Origin: Selaginella moellendorffii
Lineage: Eukaryota; Plantae; Lycopodiophyta
Reading direction: 5' to 3'
Length of the DNA: 64,000 nt
Assembly: GCF_000143415.4 (NCBI RefSeq)
Contig: NW_003314290.1
Coordinates: 1,664,454-1,728,453, forward strand
Position 1 is the stretch's first letter. Each line of letters opens with the position of its first letter. The notes beneath the pieces are model-generated. The model was not told where the DNA came from, did no database searches, and saw only the letters and a program-made list of their open reading frames with translations. The position numbers were made by a program, and so were the translations under genes. Positions 63,499 through 64,000 of the stretch are shown piece by piece.

Positions 63499-64000
63499 AT
63501 GGCTAAAAATCATCGATCTTCCGCTTCTCTTGTGCTCTTTCTCTCTTGCATGGCTCTGGGATTCTCAGTGGAGGCAGCCAGAGAGAGTTTCACGTACTAC
63601 TGGACTCCAGAGGAGAGTGATCTATGCGCCAACGAGGCCTCAAACACAGAAATCAAGGATTGCAATGACAACACGATAGCTTCCGTCTGTGGCAGTTTCA
63701 GTTCAAAAATCCATGAGGAGGGTGCTGGAAAGTTGAAGGACGGGCACTACGTGAATTGTCAAGAGAATTGCAACTGCTACTCCGTGACTGATGGTCCCAA
63801 GGGCAGCCGAGATAACGATTTGCATCTTTACGTGTCTATCGCGGTTCCAGATGAAGTGAAGTATCCCTTTGGATCAAAGCTCCAGATAGATCTGCTCCAA
63901 AACTTAGCGCTTCCCAACGGCAGGCAACACAATGGATGTGTTCGGGTGGATGACACGTGTTATGGATGCAACATGGACTTCTACGTGGGATCTGAGAGTA
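63499..64000 (+). CDS. Secreted 3D-domain (MltA-like double-psi beta-barrel) protein; 3' end beyond the window
   Basis: Uninterrupted 167-codon ORF: MAKNHRSSASLVLFLSCMALGFSVEA|ARESFTYYWTPEESD...EEGAGKLKDGHYVNC...GSRDNDLHLYVSIAV...YPFGSKLQIDLLQNLALPNGRQHNGCVRVDDTCYGCNMDFYVG. Confidence 0.75.
   Translation, partial: MAKNHRSSASLVLFLSCMALGFSVEAARESFTYYWTPEESDLCANEASNTEIKDCNDNTIASVCGSFSSKIHEEGAGKLKDGHYVNCQENCNCYSVTDGPKGSRDNDLHLYVSIAVPDEVKYPFGSKLQIDLLQNLALPNGRQHNGCVRVDDTCYGCNMDFYVGSES

Overview
Eukaryotic plant nuclear DNA: very compact and gene-dense, with introns mostly 45-100 nt, GC-rich genes and two AT-rich islands of decayed transposons (~13.6-18.4 kb and ~35.2-43.6 kb). The architecture and PLS-PPR content fit the lycophyte Selaginella (inference). 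Recognisable genes: BCP3/BCP4-like tandem BRCT protein, panB, a divergent pair of START/polyketide-cyclase genes, a stand-alone zf-UBP, an ENA-like DnaJ zinc finger, two PPRs, PLATZ, RPL3, GAPC, CCDA, SGF29, a pfkB kinase, CDC48C/NVL, a UAfT-like transporter and TOP1. Most notable: (1) a head-to-head pair of receptor kinases whose ectodomain is a kiwellin (double-psi beta-barrel) module with a kissper-like N-terminus, one intact and one broken; (2) next to them, an intronless secreted 3D-domain (MltA-like) gene, missing from the ORF track because it runs off the window end, resembling microbial proteins; (3) two uncharacterised 5-exon paralogues 45 kb apart that share only short N- and C-terminal motifs and identical intron phases; (4) a tandem pair of small orphan genes; (5) deletion-compressed relics of local duplications. 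All family assignments come from motif recognition by eye, without database searches.
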